Source of the DNA: Eledone cirrhosa
Taxonomy: Eukaryota
Assembly (NCBI GenBank): GCA_964016885.1
Contig: OZ024741.1
Span: 382,540,001 to 382,604,000, forward strand
Direction: 5' to 3'
DNA length: 64,000 bases
Both the position numbers and the translations under genes were made by a program. This document shows positions 1 to 13,859 of this stretch, one piece after another (within the stretch, counting starts at the first letter, position 1; the number at the start of each line of letters is the position of its first letter). Under the pieces are notes generated by a model. It was not told the DNA's origin. It ran no database searches and was given only the letters and a program-made list of their open reading frames with translations.

Positions 1-645
1 GGTTTTGAATTGACCAATAGAAAGATAGTGAAGGTCAAGATGGTAAAATAGTAGTAAAAGAACATTAATTTATGGGTAGAGGAAGGTAGACTTCAGTTTT
101 GGATGGAAAGAATATTATGAATGAAAGATTATTTTAGGGATGAAAATAGGTCATATGCTGACCTCAGAAATAATTATATTTGTTCATTGAATAAAACCAA
201 CAAAGATTTAATATAGTAGGTCTGTTTGGGAACAGGTTTTGAATTGACCAATAGCAAGGTAATAATTGGCCAAATGGTAAAATAGTAGTTTATTTTAGGG
301 GTAGAAGAAGGCAGATTTCAGTTTTGAATGGAAGGAGTATGAAGAATGAAAAGGTTATCTTAGGGGTGAAAATAGGTCAGGTCAGTAAAAGATACACGAA
401 AGGTTGCTGTTATAAAAGTATAATGCCAATGTAAATATCTAAGGAGACTAAAATTTTACAATATAAGTGTTAGTGAAAAAAATATATATGGAATTTACAT
501 CTATGAAAAGAATATAAATTAATTTAATTTATGGGTATATTTATATTGGTAAAATTATATTAATGCATATAGATATGATAAATAAGGGTTAGATGTAATT
601 GAATAGTGCTGTTAAAGACGAGGGGAAATAAAAAAAATATAAATA

Positions 646-646
<1 letters not shown>
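1..646 (-). repeat. Inverted copy of the PLE1 3' region (mirror of 3033-3688), running off the window start
   Basis: ggttttgaattgaccaatagaaagatag (1-28) is the reverse complement of 3661-3688; cgaggggaaataaaaaaaatataaatag (619-646) mirrors 3033-3060; colinear in between. Confidence 0.95.
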
Positions 647-690
<44 letters not shown>

Positions 691-709
691 TATTGGGGGG
701 GGGGTAAAT

Positions 710-2812
710 TTGGAAGGGCATATGGGCCTTATTGAAAATTACAATGAGTTCATATATAAAGAACTCAGGAAAAATTATAAAAAAACAAACAATGCGTCAC
801 TTACCAACATCAACAACAAAACACACAACATAGTGAATAGACTTAATATTGAAGATAGAACTGAACTGTTGGCACTGAAAAGACCACATTTCAACCTGAA
901 AGATCATAAATCTAACTTTAACTCTAATCCTTCTATAAGGCTTATATGCCCTTCCAAATCTGATATTGGAATCATTAGTAAAAAAAATTTTTTAGATAGA
1001 GTCATCCGACAACTAAGAAAACATGTTAATTTACCATTCTGGGAAAACACATCCCAGGTAATTAACTGGTTTAATAATACTAGAAATAAATCTTCTGCTT
1101 CATTTATACAATTTGATATAGATAATTATTATTCCTCTATATCACCTATACTCCTGAACAAAGCCTTGATATTTGCTAAAAATAGATCTAACTTAACTTT
1201 GGATGACATTAATATTATTACAAATGCTAGACAAACACTATTGAAATTTCAAAATGAATACTGGACCAGAAACACATATAGTAATCTATTCGATATTACT
1301 ATGGGCTCAAGAGATTCTGCCCAAATTACTGATCTTGAGGGCCTCTTTCTTCTTTTTCACATAAATGCTTCCTTTCCCCACCTTAAAGGTGGTTTATATC
1401 GTGACGACTGTCTTCTTCTTTCCAATAACCTTAGCCTTTCAGAGATAGAAAAAAATAAAAAGCTTATTAGAACTTTCCTCAAAGACTATTATAGTCTAGA
1501 TATTACATTTGAAAACACAAGTAAAGTAGTTAATTTCCTTCATATAACATTGGACTTATCTACGGGTATCTACCAACCTTACCATAAACCTAACCAAAAT
1601 TTACATTACATACACTCACAATCCAATCACCCTAAATCTATCCTTAAAAACCTAGCATATAATATCTCACTTAGAATTTCTAACCTTTCGTCTAACCAGG
1701 ATGTATTTGATAAAAATGCGACCTTTTATAACGAAGCTTTAGCTAGAAGTGGCCACAAAAATAAATTAGTATATATACCTTGTACCAATAACACTACACA
1801 CATACAGCCTAATATTACCAACAAACACCAAATGAAACATACATACCTAAATGCCACTCACACTATATCCCAAAATACTAACATAAAACCAAATTTCTCT
1901 AACCCTTCTAATATACAATACAGTAACTCTCAAAAAACTATTCATCCTACTACTCTAATAAATGTTAATAATAAAACTCCTAATAAACAAGCTAAAACAC
2001 CTAAATCAATAAATCTAACTAAAAATGTGTGTGGTAAAGTCATTAACAATAATTCTCTTAATAAACATCAGGATAAATCCTATAGAAACAATAAACAACA
2101 TCGAAACCGTAATAGACGAGTTACTTGGTATAATGCTCCATTTAATTTACAAATTAAGGATAATATACCTAAAAAATGTTTTAATATCCTAGAGAACTTC
2201 CCGCGAAACCACGAATACCATCAAATTTTAAATAGATCAACGGTTAAATTCTCCTACTCAACAACCAAAAACATAAAACAAAATATAAGTGCCTACAATG
2301 CATATAAATGTAAAAAGACCATGAGTATACCACCAGTACATCAAACTAACCATAATATCTCCTCTGATACAGGATTCACGAAAAGTTGTAACTGTAGAAA
2401 CAAAGCAAACTGCCCATTAAAAGGAAATTGCCTTGTTAATAACATAGTATATAAATGTAAAGTTAACACTAAGGACTCAATTTATTCATATATAGGAGCT
2501 ACCTCTAACCAATTTAAAGTAAGATTTAATACCCACAAACATAGTTTTTAAAATGCCGCATTAGCTAATACAACATCTCTAGCTGAAATAATTAATAATT
2601 ATAGAAAGAGGAATATAGATTATGACCTGACCTGGAGTGTGCTCAAAAGGGCCACCCCTTATCAAAATAGTAGATATGAATGTAGATTGTGTTCCCAAGA
2701 ACTTTTCGAAATAATGAAATCTAAGGATATCCTATTAAATAAGCGACAGGAATTAATAATATCGTGTAATCATAAACTGAGAAAAACCTTTAAATATTAT
2801 AAACCTAATTAA
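710..2812 (+). pseudogene. Penelope-like element 1 RT + GIY-YIG ORF, 5'-truncated, with an in-frame stop at 2549-2551
   Basis: LKDHK, RLICPSKS, FIQFDIDNYY, FDITMGS, GLYRDD, SNHP, WYNAPF, CNCRNKANCPLKGNC, IVYKC..YIG; the frame continues past the stop through CRLC..E..LNKRQE..SCNH to TAA at 2810-2812. Confidence 0.93.
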
Positions 2813-3935
2813 TATACATTTTAGAAATTAATATATAACATTTTTTAAATTTAGTTAACCTATAAATAATATTCTACTACTGATGAACTACATAATTTTA
2901 CTTTCCTTCTTACAACTATCTTTTCCTAAAATTGATACCATTAAGTAAACATATATAATGTTTTAATTTCAGGTTATGATTCTATGTTCCTTGAAATCTC
3001 TATATATTTATTATTTCTCACTAATATATTTACTATTTATATTTTTTTTATTTCCCCTCGTCTTTAACAGCACTATTCAATTACATCTAACCCTTATTTA
3101 TCATATCTATATGCATTAATATAATTTTACCAGTATAAATATACCCATCAATTAAATTAATTTATATTCTTTTCATAGATGTAAATTCCATATATATTTT
3201 TTTCACTAACACTTTTATCGTAAAATTTTAGTCTCCTTAGATATTTACATTGGCATTATTCTTTTATAACAGCAACTTTTCGTGTAACTTTTACTGACCT
3301 GACCTATTTTCACCCCTAAAATAACCTTTTCATTCTTCATACTCCTTCCATTCATAACAGGAAATCTGCCTTCTTCTACCCCTAAAATAAACTTCCATTA
3401 CTACTATTTTACCATTTGGCCAATTATTACCTTGCTATTGGTCAATTCAAAACCTGTTCCCAAACAGACCTATTGTATTAAATCTTTGTTGGTTTTATTC
3501 AATGAACAAATATAATTATTTCTGAGGTCAGCATATGACCTATTTGCATCCCCAAAATAATCTTTGATTCATAATATTCTTTCCATCCAAAACTGACGTC
3601 TACCTTCCTCTACCCATAAATTAAGGTTCTTTTACTACCATTTTACCATCTTGACCTTCACTATCTTTCTATTGGTCAATTCAAAACCTGTTCCCAAACA
3701 GACCTATTGTATTAAATCTTTGTTGGTTTTTTTCATAAACAAATATCATTATTTCTGAAGACAGCATATATATGTATAGGTATGTATATTCCCTCTGATA
3801 GTTTGTAAACATTTTACATAGATCTATAGGATATGCATACCAGCACTAACATATATATCCTAGAAACGATCGTAAAATGATGAATTTTTTAATATAAGGA
3901 ACTGTTACTTTGTTTATTCATTATTTTATTAATTT
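2813..3935 (+). mobile_element. PLE1 3' UTR/pseudo-LTR with internal ~234-bp direct repeat, ending in (TA)n
   Basis: ctattggtcaattcaaaacctgttcccaaacagacc occurs at ~3436 and ~3670; this region is the source of the 1-646 inverted copy. Confidence 0.75.
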
Positions 3936-3949
3936 ATATATATATATAT

Positions 3950-4185
3950 ATTTATTAAAATAACAGATTAAAGTTTAAGCAAAAATCGCTGCTTTCACCC
4001 TTAACGGGATCTTCTGAGATTTAGAGTTTCAGAAGATCCCGTTAAGGGTGAAATCAGCGATTCATTGCTTAAACTTTAATCTGTTATTTTAATAAATATT
4101 TGCTCTACTGTTCTTATATATTTGATATATATTTATCCTTATCGAGCCCTCTTTAGATTTTAGTCTTCAAATTTATTATTATTAC

Positions 4186-4187
<2 letters not shown>
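3950..4187 (+). mobile_element. Fold-back 3'-terminal fragment of PLE family A
   Basis: 3950-4016 is the reverse complement of 4030-4097; 4025-4187 matches the termini at 19200-19360 and 50558-50720; flanked by (TA)n. Confidence 0.9.
4025..4075 (+). ncRNA. Type I hammerhead-like motif, family A (CAGAAGA core)
   Basis: agttt-CAGAAGA-t ccc gttaa ggg t-GAAA-stem III-TT-aaact. Confidence 0.5.
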
Positions 4188-4216
<29 letters not shown>

Positions 4217-4514
4217 ATGTGTGTGTGTCTGCGTGTGTGTGTGTATGTGTGCGTGTGTGTGTGTGCGTGCATTGGGAGTGTCGGGGATCTAATCCATTCA
4301 TTGTAACGTATAGCAACCACATTGTTATTTGTTGTCCAACTGCTTTCGTAACATATTTCGTGGAATTCTCAGTTACATTGATGACCATCTTTTCTAGTCT
4401 TCTTTTTAATTAGTTCGAGAGAAACTTACACACAAATGCATATGTATACACATATATGTGTACTTACACACAAATGTGTTTATGTATACACATATGTGTA
4501 TACATAAACACACA

Positions 4515-4631
4515 GAAGAAGAAGAAGAAGAAGAAGAAGAAGAAGAAGAAGAAGAAGAAGAAGAAGAAGAAGAAGAAGAAGAAGAAGAAGAAGAAGAAGA
4601 AGAAGAAGAAGAAGAAGAAGAAGAAGAAGAA
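4515..4631 (+). repeat. Perfect (GAA)39 microsatellite
   Basis: Direct reading; explains the poly-E and poly-K ORFs. Confidence 0.97.
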
Positions 4632-5812
4632 GGTTTACTTTTACTTTGGCTATCTCCAGGATGTTGTTTCGGTATGGGCTGCCTTTTCTAATAATGCCCT
4701 GCTGCCATTCTACATATTCAGTCTAGTTAGCCTATCGTTGCAGCATCGTACTTCTCACAAATTCTCATTACCCAACATCTCTTCCTTGTCATTCCTGATA
4801 TTCTATACTCCAGTCTTCTATCTCCATGTCTCTTATACATTGTAACTCTTTCCTCGTACGTGTTCATATCTCCTAAATAACTTATTTATTCCTTATTCAA
4901 TTCCACCAGTGATTGCTTGAATACGCCATTCTTTCTATTGATGTAAGACCTGTAACTCAAAACTCCTCTAATACATTTTCCAAATGATCAGGTTAGGTGA
5001 TCATATCGAACAACATATACCCAATAAACTGTTTTTTAAATTATCTATGTTCGCTCTCTGGCTATTTTTGCACACGTCTATTTCCTTTCACTAATTTCTT
5101 ATTCTTATGAGATCTCAAATCCAACCAAAAATATTTAATGAAATACTACATCTGTTGTATTTCAACTAACATAACGATTGACATTACCTCCTCTTTAGTA
5201 AGCTATGAAATGAAAGTCAACAAAGCAATTATTTTAGAATAATGGTAAGTACATAATTGAACTAAAGCAATCAATTTTCTATTTGAAAGTGTGTTACTTT
5301 CTAAGAAGAATGCATTGATATTAAGATTTTTTGGATATTGTTCAACAATACTTAGATTATTAGTTTCTCTTTAAAACAAAGATAAATACCCATCGACAAA
5401 TGGATTTCTGTAATTTGGAAAATACTACCCAGTATAAAGTAAAATATATGTATTCATTTCAGTGCAGAGTTTATATGCAGTTTAATTATTTATCAAGTTG
5501 CTCACCGATTCCTTTCTAACAACAGATTTCTAATTATTATTGGTATTTCTTGAGTGGCTACACTAGAGGTATTGGCTTGTAAGAGATCCACTCACAAGAT
5601 ATGATTATCTCTTTTAGATATACAAATCAAAAGATATACAAATCAAAAGAGCGTCTTTATTTTTAATAGTATTATAGGATATAAATGGACATTCGTAAGA
5701 ACATGGAACTATTTCTCAATAGTGTTGAACAGCAACAATAGTGAATATATAAGAATAATACAAGAAAAACAAAGATGACAGTTCTTAGGATTAAACCGAC
5801 AGAGAGCGAACT

Positions 5813-5916
5813 TGATGGTGATGATGATGATGACGATGATGATTGATGATGATGAAAATGATGTTGATGACGATGGTGATGATGATGATGGTAATGATAG
5901 TGATGACGATGATGAT
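5813..5916 (+). repeat. Imperfect (GAT)n microsatellite
   Basis: Direct reading. Confidence 0.9.
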
Positions 5917-6784
5917 ACTTTGACATTGCTTAGGCTCAAGTCATTTCTGATAGAACTGAATTGTGGCCAATATCACTCCAGCCTTCGTTCCTTTATACAG
6001 GATTCCCTGCAAAACATTATCAAGCATTTCTTGTACTAAGACGATTCGGTTTCATTTGAAAGAGATATGGCTGTGATTTCTAGTAAATAAAGCCGCCATG
6101 TTGAGGTCTATTATTCTCTTTGCAATGAGTGGCTTTTGTAATTAGTTCCGGACTGTACGATGCATGGTAAATTTAAGGAAATGTTCCACTAAAAGAAAAT
6201 TTGCAATAGAAATTATTTGAATCTGTTATAGATAATTCGGATAAATCTCAAGTGCCTTGAAGACTGTAATATGAGAATACTACAAAACTACACTAAAACA
6301 GTCGTGAATAAAAATAAATTCTTGTTGTCTGTTAAAACAAAATGCCATGTAAAATATTTATTCGATATATATTCATATAGAAGAATATAGAATGTCGTAG
6401 ATATAAATTATATAGAGATGAATGCGTGTGTGATCAAAGAAAAAAACAGAAATGAATACAAAACACAGATCTACAAACAAATACTGACACATTATCTAAC
6501 TATTATATAAAAGGACAGAGTCAGCTATTAGTCTTTTCAAAAGATGAATAGATAACAGATGAAATTGATCTACATGTATATAATCTGATATTTTCTGAAT
6601 AATACATTCTGGCGACAAAGAAAAATCTATACATTTGACGTTTATACAGAATGCACTGAAACACAGAATGCATATATACATACATAAATACACATCCGTA
6701 CACACACAGATATATATATATATATATATGAGCATACATACATATATATGCGCGTGTGTGTATGTGTGTGTACATTATATATGA

Positions 6785-6827
<43 letters not shown>

Positions 6828-7409
6828 ATGGAATACTGTTAGCTTATCGCTAAAATAATTTCTATACCTTTCATTTATATATATATATATATATAAATGA
6901 AAATGTCTGTATGTGTGTGTGTGTGTGTCTGTTCCGCAGCAACTTTTGATCCGCAAGGCCGATTTTCAAAATGTTTTTTGGAATCAACCACACGTATATA
7001 AGGGCAAATCTCCACGACATTGTCAATGATCGACTCCCCCTTTGTCTAGGGGAAAAATCACTATAAATGACTATAGGTACGACTTTACACATAAAGAATC
7101 TGTATATCTATGAAAATTAAAAAGAAAGAGTGAGAGTGAAAGAAACAGACAGACTAAAAGAGGGGGATAGCGAGAGAGAGAGAGAGAGAGAGAGAGCGAC
7201 AGACCCTGTGTTTGATACATGACAGTGTAAGAGGGGTAGGTAAGCTATACTAATAAAAGAGTTTGCGTGTGCGTGTGTGTGTGTGTGTGTTCGTGCAGCG
7301 TCCAGTAAGAGTTAAATCTACGTGTACGTGCACACGTGCGTGCGTGAGTGTCCGTGCGTTTGAGCGTTTGCGTGCATCAGTGTGTATATATAATGTATGT
7401 ATTTATATG

Positions 7410-7478
<69 letters not shown>

Positions 7479-7746
7479 GATATAATTTTTTTTTTTTTAC
7501 AAATTGAAAAATAACCGGTGTCCTACACAAGTGAAAGTATAAAGAAAAAGAGATGAAATCGAAAATGCAACTGGAGTCTTATCTTTTTTTTAAATATATA
7601 TATTTATTTGGTTCCTTTCCCGGTTTCGCAGTTCTTCTGCTTTTCAAAAGTAGATTTGAGATGGAGGGTCTGTGGTTTTTCTCACATATATATATAACGT
7701 ATGTATTTATATGTATGTATATATATATATATATATATTAAAATTA

Positions 7747-8473
7747 AAATATTAATAAAATAGATGTTCATTTGATCAATTAAATTTTATTATACATATT
7801 TCAGATGTACAGCAGTACGTCTTCATCAGACAAAATATAATGATACATGACATACTCTGAGATGTTAAATGGTTAAGATTTAATCAAGGTAGTGATTAAC
7901 CTAAGAGAATATTCAACATTTATATACTAATAATGAGAAAATGCGAAAACGTAATAAATTCAATAGAGGATGTATGAGTAAGAAAGACGTTGCTTAATTT
8001 GACAGCTATAGAGATTTTAAAATGTGGGATACTACAAATTGAGATTATCTAGGAAAACGTCTCTTGAACTATAACAGTTTATGAAGGCAACTGATAGAAG
8101 ATTTAAAGAGAGGGAGAGATAAAGGGGAGTAATATATGCAGAACAATTTTTTTTCCTTAAAGGCTAAACGGTTAAGTTTCAAAATATTTAATTTATGTTA
8201 TTTTAAGGGTGAAGAATCAATATTTTAAGTTTTTAAAAAGTGATGGTTATTTATATTTATTAATTTTATAAATTCTATAAATGTGTTAACATTTCTAAAA
8301 TTCTGAATTTTATGAAGACAAAATTCCAAGGATTTACTTGGCCAGCGAAAGGAAAATTTACACTGTTGAATGTTTTTCCTAAATGTAATCTTTAAGGAAA
8401 ATTACCTATAAGAATGTCAACATTTTCGGTATGTAAAGCTTATGAAGTACTTATTGTTAGAAATATCTAAACA
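7747..8473 (-). repeat. Inverted copy of the PLE2 3' region (mirror of ~12320-13040)
   Basis: gtatgtaaagcttatgaagtacttattgttagaaatatctaaaca mirrors 12320-12364; the ribozyme segment mirrors 12951-13003. Confidence 0.95.
7784..7836 (-). ncRNA. Type I hammerhead ribozyme motif (PLE2 inverted arm)
   Basis: Reverse complement: attttgt-CTGATGA-agacgtac tgct gtacatct-GAAA-tatgta-TA-ataaaat. Confidence 0.75.
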
Positions 8474-8599
8474 ATATACAAAAATATCTAACATATCTAG
8501 ACAATATCCAAATCGGATATTGGAGTAATCAGTAAAAAACTATCTAAAATATCAAAAAATCTAAAATATCTAAAAATATCTAAAATATATAAAGAATAT

Positions 8600-10285
8600 A
8601 CAAATCGGATATTGGAGTAAACAGTAAAGAATATACAAATCGGATATTGGAGTAAACAGTAAAAACATCATAGATAGAATCTTACCCACTCTTAAATTGA
8701 GATCTAATTTGAGCTTGTGGAAAGATACAAATGAAGTCATAGAATGGTACAGGAATATAGATGATAAGAAAATCCATGAATTCATCCAGATGGACATAAC
8801 AAGCTACTATTCTTCCATAACACCTAACCTTCTAACTAAGGCTCTTTCATATGCTTATAAGTATACTGATCTAACCCCGGATGAAATTGATATCATACTA
8901 ATAGCCAGAAGAACTCTTATTAACTTCAACAATGAATATTGGATCCGTTCAGATAGAGATAGAAACTTTGATATCACTATGGGGGCATCCGATTCTGCGC
9001 AAATCATAGATCTTCTGGGAATTTTCATATTAAACATGATAAATAGAAAACTGCCGGAGATTACCAGTGGTTTATATAGGGACGATATTTCATTCACGGT
9101 GGTCAAACACAACAATATAGAACTAAATAGAGTAAAGAAAAGTATAATAGAATTCTTTAAAAAGTACGACCTTAAGTTAGAAGTAGAAAATGGTACCAAA
9201 ATAGTTAATTTACTAGACGTTACGTTTAACTTAAACACTGGCTTTTATTACCCTTTTCATAAGCCCAGTGAAAACTTAAACTATGTTAGTAACCATTCCA
9301 ATCACCCTAAATCTGTACAAAAAAGCTATAGTAAATAGTGTGCAAAAACGCATTAATAAAATATCAGCCAATAAAGCTATATTGGACGAAAATGCTGAAT
9401 ACTACAACAACGCGTTAAAAAGAGCAGGATGTGAGAATAATATAGAATATGTAGATAATAATAATCCAAGTCTTACTCCTGATAAAAATAATAACATATA
9501 TAAACGAAACTCTAATAATTATAATCCAAACACCCATACGCCAAACAAATTGTGGAAAAGAACTAGAACTAAATCAGTCATATGGTCCGACCGCCCCCCT
9601 GCTTATGGTGTAGTTAGGACACCACTTGCAAAATTATTATTTAATGCTTTGGACACCGCTTTCCCTACTCAACATAGATATCATTCCACTTTTAATAGAC
9701 ACACCATTAAATTGTCGTATTCTTCAACTATGAATATGGCCCAAAACATTGCTAAATTAAACACTAAAATTGTAAAACAGAATCAGCATAATGATCTTAA
9801 TAATAGCGTTAACATAAATGATACTAAACCTAAATGTAATTGTAGAAATAAAACTGATTGCCCTCTGCAAAATAATTGTCTAGATACTAATGTGGTTTAT
9901 AAATGCACTGTAAAAACTGATCACAGCACATACAACTACATAGGATCGACTTCTTCTACATTTAAGCCAGATTTGCGAACCATAAATGCTCATTTTCGAA
10001 CTCCAAGAAGAAATCATCCACTTCTTTATCACAGCTCATATGGTCATTAAAAGAAAGGAATTTAAAATATCGATTCTTTGGACTAAACTTCGGAATTGTG
10101 GAGTTTACCGCAACTCAAGTATATCAAGCAACTGCGCGCTCTATACAATGGATACCCTGTTGATTATTAATAACTATGAGACCCTAATTAACAAAAAAGG
10201 GAATTATTCTTTAATTACCTTCATAAAGCTACGTCTAGATTCCAAGTCTCCCATAAGACCAGAAATAAAAACACTAAGCCACTAA
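8600..10285 (+). pseudogene. Penelope-like element 2 RT + GIY-YIG, 5'-truncated and frameshifted
   Basis: SDIGVNSK, FIQMDITSYY, FDITMGASDSAQ, GLYRDD, SNHP, CNCRNKTDCPLQNNC, VVYKC..YIG across ORFs 8697-9338, 9283-10050 and 9986-10285. Confidence 0.92.
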
Positions 10286-11314
10286 ACTTGTTTTTTAGAC
10301 GTAAATAATCAACAGTTGAAAACCTTAATGGCCTTTAATATTGCTTTATCTTATAACTATCTATAGAAGGAATAACGCTCGAATGAATGACACTTGTTCA
10401 ATAACACGCTGACACGTTGATATACATAACATAATATTATTAACTTTGATCCATACCATTATTACTCTATCTTTATTTTCCTATCTAAGTTTCAATTTTA
10501 GTTTAAATATCCAACCTGTAAATGTTTACGGAACTTATTTTTAACTGAATCATTCATGTGTTTACACTCTTTTATTTATTTATAATATGTATGTATTTAT
10601 CTTTTGTAAGTTTCTAAATATACCTACCTTTATATTTTTCTATCCATGATTTAAATATAGTTCAAATATCCAACCTGTAAATTTTAAGGACCTTATTTTG
10701 AACTGTGAATCATCCATCCGTTACACACTTTTTATATATATGTATGTTTTTTATATAGCATGTTGGAATATATTATATAATATTATAATCGTTATCATTT
10801 ACCAAAAGTATACTGTCTCACTAATACTTAGTATATCTCTCTATACCTAATTTTTAGATAATTTTTAAATTATTAGATTATTTATTTTGAACTGTGAATA
10901 ATTCATGCCTTTACACTCGTTTATATGTATGTATTTAACGTTAGCATGTTTGAATCTATTATTTTATATTCGTTATCATTTACCAAAAGTACTGGCTCAT
11001 TAATACTTAGTATATCTCTCTACACCTAATTTTTATTTTTGCAAATATGTGTATCTGTATAATAACATAAACATATTATTAGATACGTATATCTCAGCTT
11101 TTGTTTTTTTTTGCATATATATCTATAGTGTATAATAACATAATTACTGTTTTGGTTTAACGCTATATATATTTTGTGCAAATACATAGTTTGTGCAAAT
11201 ATAGATATATTGTACAATAGTATATTAATTATTTAGAGTTTAGTCCTCTCATGAAGGTAGAGCGTATATATAGATTTAATATAATATAACAAATATTAAT
11301 TTATTACCATAATT

Positions 11315-11425
<111 letters not shown>

Positions 11426-11520
11426 TTCACATATATATATATACATACACATACATATACGTGTTTTGCAACTGGTCACTTTGTGGCTCGATGAAAAATT
11501 AATAAATTAAACAATCAGAG

Positions 11521-12216
11521 CTATATATCATAAAACATGTCTATAGAATCACAAGATAAAATATATACGATTTCCTCTCCCAATTAGCATAATTAACTAT
11601 ATAAAAAATCGAATAGACCAGGCTATACGAATATGTATGTGTATGTATATATATATGTAAACTTTTATATGTAATAATCTCCCACTAGGTTGAGATACAA
11701 ATTTGGCTGTATTGTGCTGTGCTTTCTAGCAAAAATGCCACCCGTCGTAAGCAACTACCACACTCCTTCCAACTTGACCGCGACTACGTCACGATTTTTA
11801 GCCATTTTGAAATGAATTCTTGGCGCGATCGTTTTGGAAACTTTAATGTCTAGATATGAGCGAGCTTCCTGAAGAATCCGGCGCTCGAGTTTATATAATG
11901 ATTACATAATTATTGAAAAACTCAAAACACGGACGAAACCATGGTAGAGGTATTTAAATGTATTCTATTTTCTCTAGTTTATTTTAAACCTAATTCTGCT
12001 TAGTTGACTGTATCTAGGCGATTACGCTGTCGAAATATTCGATAAATATTCCGCTACGGCCGACGCGAAGCGCTAGTTTTGGTTATTTGTCGGAGATTCC
12101 TTCATAGAAGCCTCATTCGTATAGCCTGGTCTATTCGATTCTTTATATAGTTAATTATGCTAATTGGGAGAGGAAATAGTATATATTTTATCTTGTGATT
12201 CTATAGACATGTTTTA

Positions 12217-12222
<6 letters not shown>
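11521..12222 (+). mobile_element. Short HHR-bearing insertion with inverted duplication of its 3' end, nested in the PLE2 3' region
   Basis: 11521-11632 mirrors 12116-12222; HHR motif at 11865-11950; ends in (TA)n. Confidence 0.7.
11865..11950 (+). ncRNA. Type I hammerhead ribozyme motif with long stem II
   Basis: cttc-CTGAAGA-atccg..gagttt...aaactc..cggac-GAAA-ccatgg (palindromic stem III)-TA-gagg. Confidence 0.75.
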
Positions 12223-12263
<41 letters not shown>

Positions 12264-12950
12264 TATATAAGTGGCTGAAAACTCTACGTTAATCATTACA
12301 TTAACTACTTGACAATAAATGTTTAGATATTTCTAACAATAAGTACTTCATAAGCTTTACATACCGAAAATGTTCACATTCTTATAGGTAATTTTTGTTA
12401 AAGATTATATTTAGGAAAAAAAAAATTCAATAGTGTAAATTTTCCTTTCGCTGGCAAAGTAAATCCTTTGAATTTTGTCTTCATAAAATTCAGAATTTTA
12501 GAAATGTTAACAAATTTATAGAATTTATAAAATTAATAAATATAATAACCATCAACTTTAAACAAAATTAAAATGTTGATTCTTCACCCTTAAAATAACA
12601 TAAATTAAATATTTTGAAACTTAACCGTTTAGCCTTTAAGGAAAAAAATATTTTTCTGCATATATTATCTCTCCCTCTCTTTAAATCTTCTATCAGTTGC
12701 CTTCATTAACTGTTATAGTTCAAGAGAAGTTTTCCTAGATAATCTCAATTTGTCGTATCCCACATTTTAAAATCTCTATAACTGTCACATTAAGCAACGT
12801 TTTTCTAACTCATACATCCTCTATTGAATTTATTACGTTTTCGCATTTTCTCATTATTAGGGTATACATGTTGAGTTTTCTCTTAGGTTAATCACTACCT
12901 TGATTAAATCTTAACCATTTAACATCTCAGGATATGTCATGTATCATTAT

Positions 12951-13003
12951 ATTTTGTCTGATGAAAACGTACTGCTGTACATCTGAAATATGTATAATAA
13001 AAT
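12951..13003 (+). ncRNA. Type I hammerhead motif, PLE2 3' copy 1
   Basis: attttgt-CTGATGA-aaacgtac tgct gtacatct-GAAA-tatgta-TA-ataaaat. Confidence 0.7.
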
Positions 13004-13047
13004 TTAATTGATCAAAAGAATATCTATTTTATAAATATTTACATTAT

Positions 13048-13100
13048 ATTTTGTCTGATGAGGACGTACTGCTGTACCTCTGAAATATGTATAATAAAAT
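13048..13100 (+). ncRNA. Type I hammerhead motif, PLE2 3' copy 2 (97-bp tandem repeat)
   Basis: attttgt-CTGATGA-ggacgtac tgct gtacctct-GAAA-tatgta-TA-ataaaat. Confidence 0.7.
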
Positions 13101-13300
13101 TTAATTGATCAAAAGAACATCTATTTTATTTATATTTGTATATTAATATTAATAACTCTGGAACATTTTATTTTTAACTGTAGAGTGCTTCCAATCTACT
13201 GTAAAACTCATTATTTGATGTACTCAATGAATCTTGTTTAACTCTTTAATATATATATATATATATACATATATATATAATCTATGTATTTATATGTACG

Positions 13301-13357
<57 letters not shown>

Positions 13358-13697
13358 GGAAATCAGTAAAATCGAATCTCTTGCGGTTTACAAGTATATT
13401 CGGCCTACTTATATGAAATGATGAGTTAGCAAAGCACTCGATAAGATAGGACCTTAGAGTAATAACATACGTTTAAATAGCTTGTCAAATCGAACATTGT
13501 GGTAGACGAAACTAACACACAATATATACCAAAGTAACGATAGAACTAATAAGGTATATATATATATATACATATATATATAATGTATCTATTTATATGC
13601 ATATATATATGTTTATATATGTGTATATATATGAATATATGTCCATATATATGCATATATATGTGTATATATATGAATATATGTGTATATATATAAT

Positions 13698-13844
<147 letters not shown>

Positions 13845-13859
13845 AAAAGTCTCTCTTTG

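Noticed and set aside
2876-2900. CTGATGA just downstream of the PLE1 stop
   Set aside because: No stem II or GAAA follows; chance match
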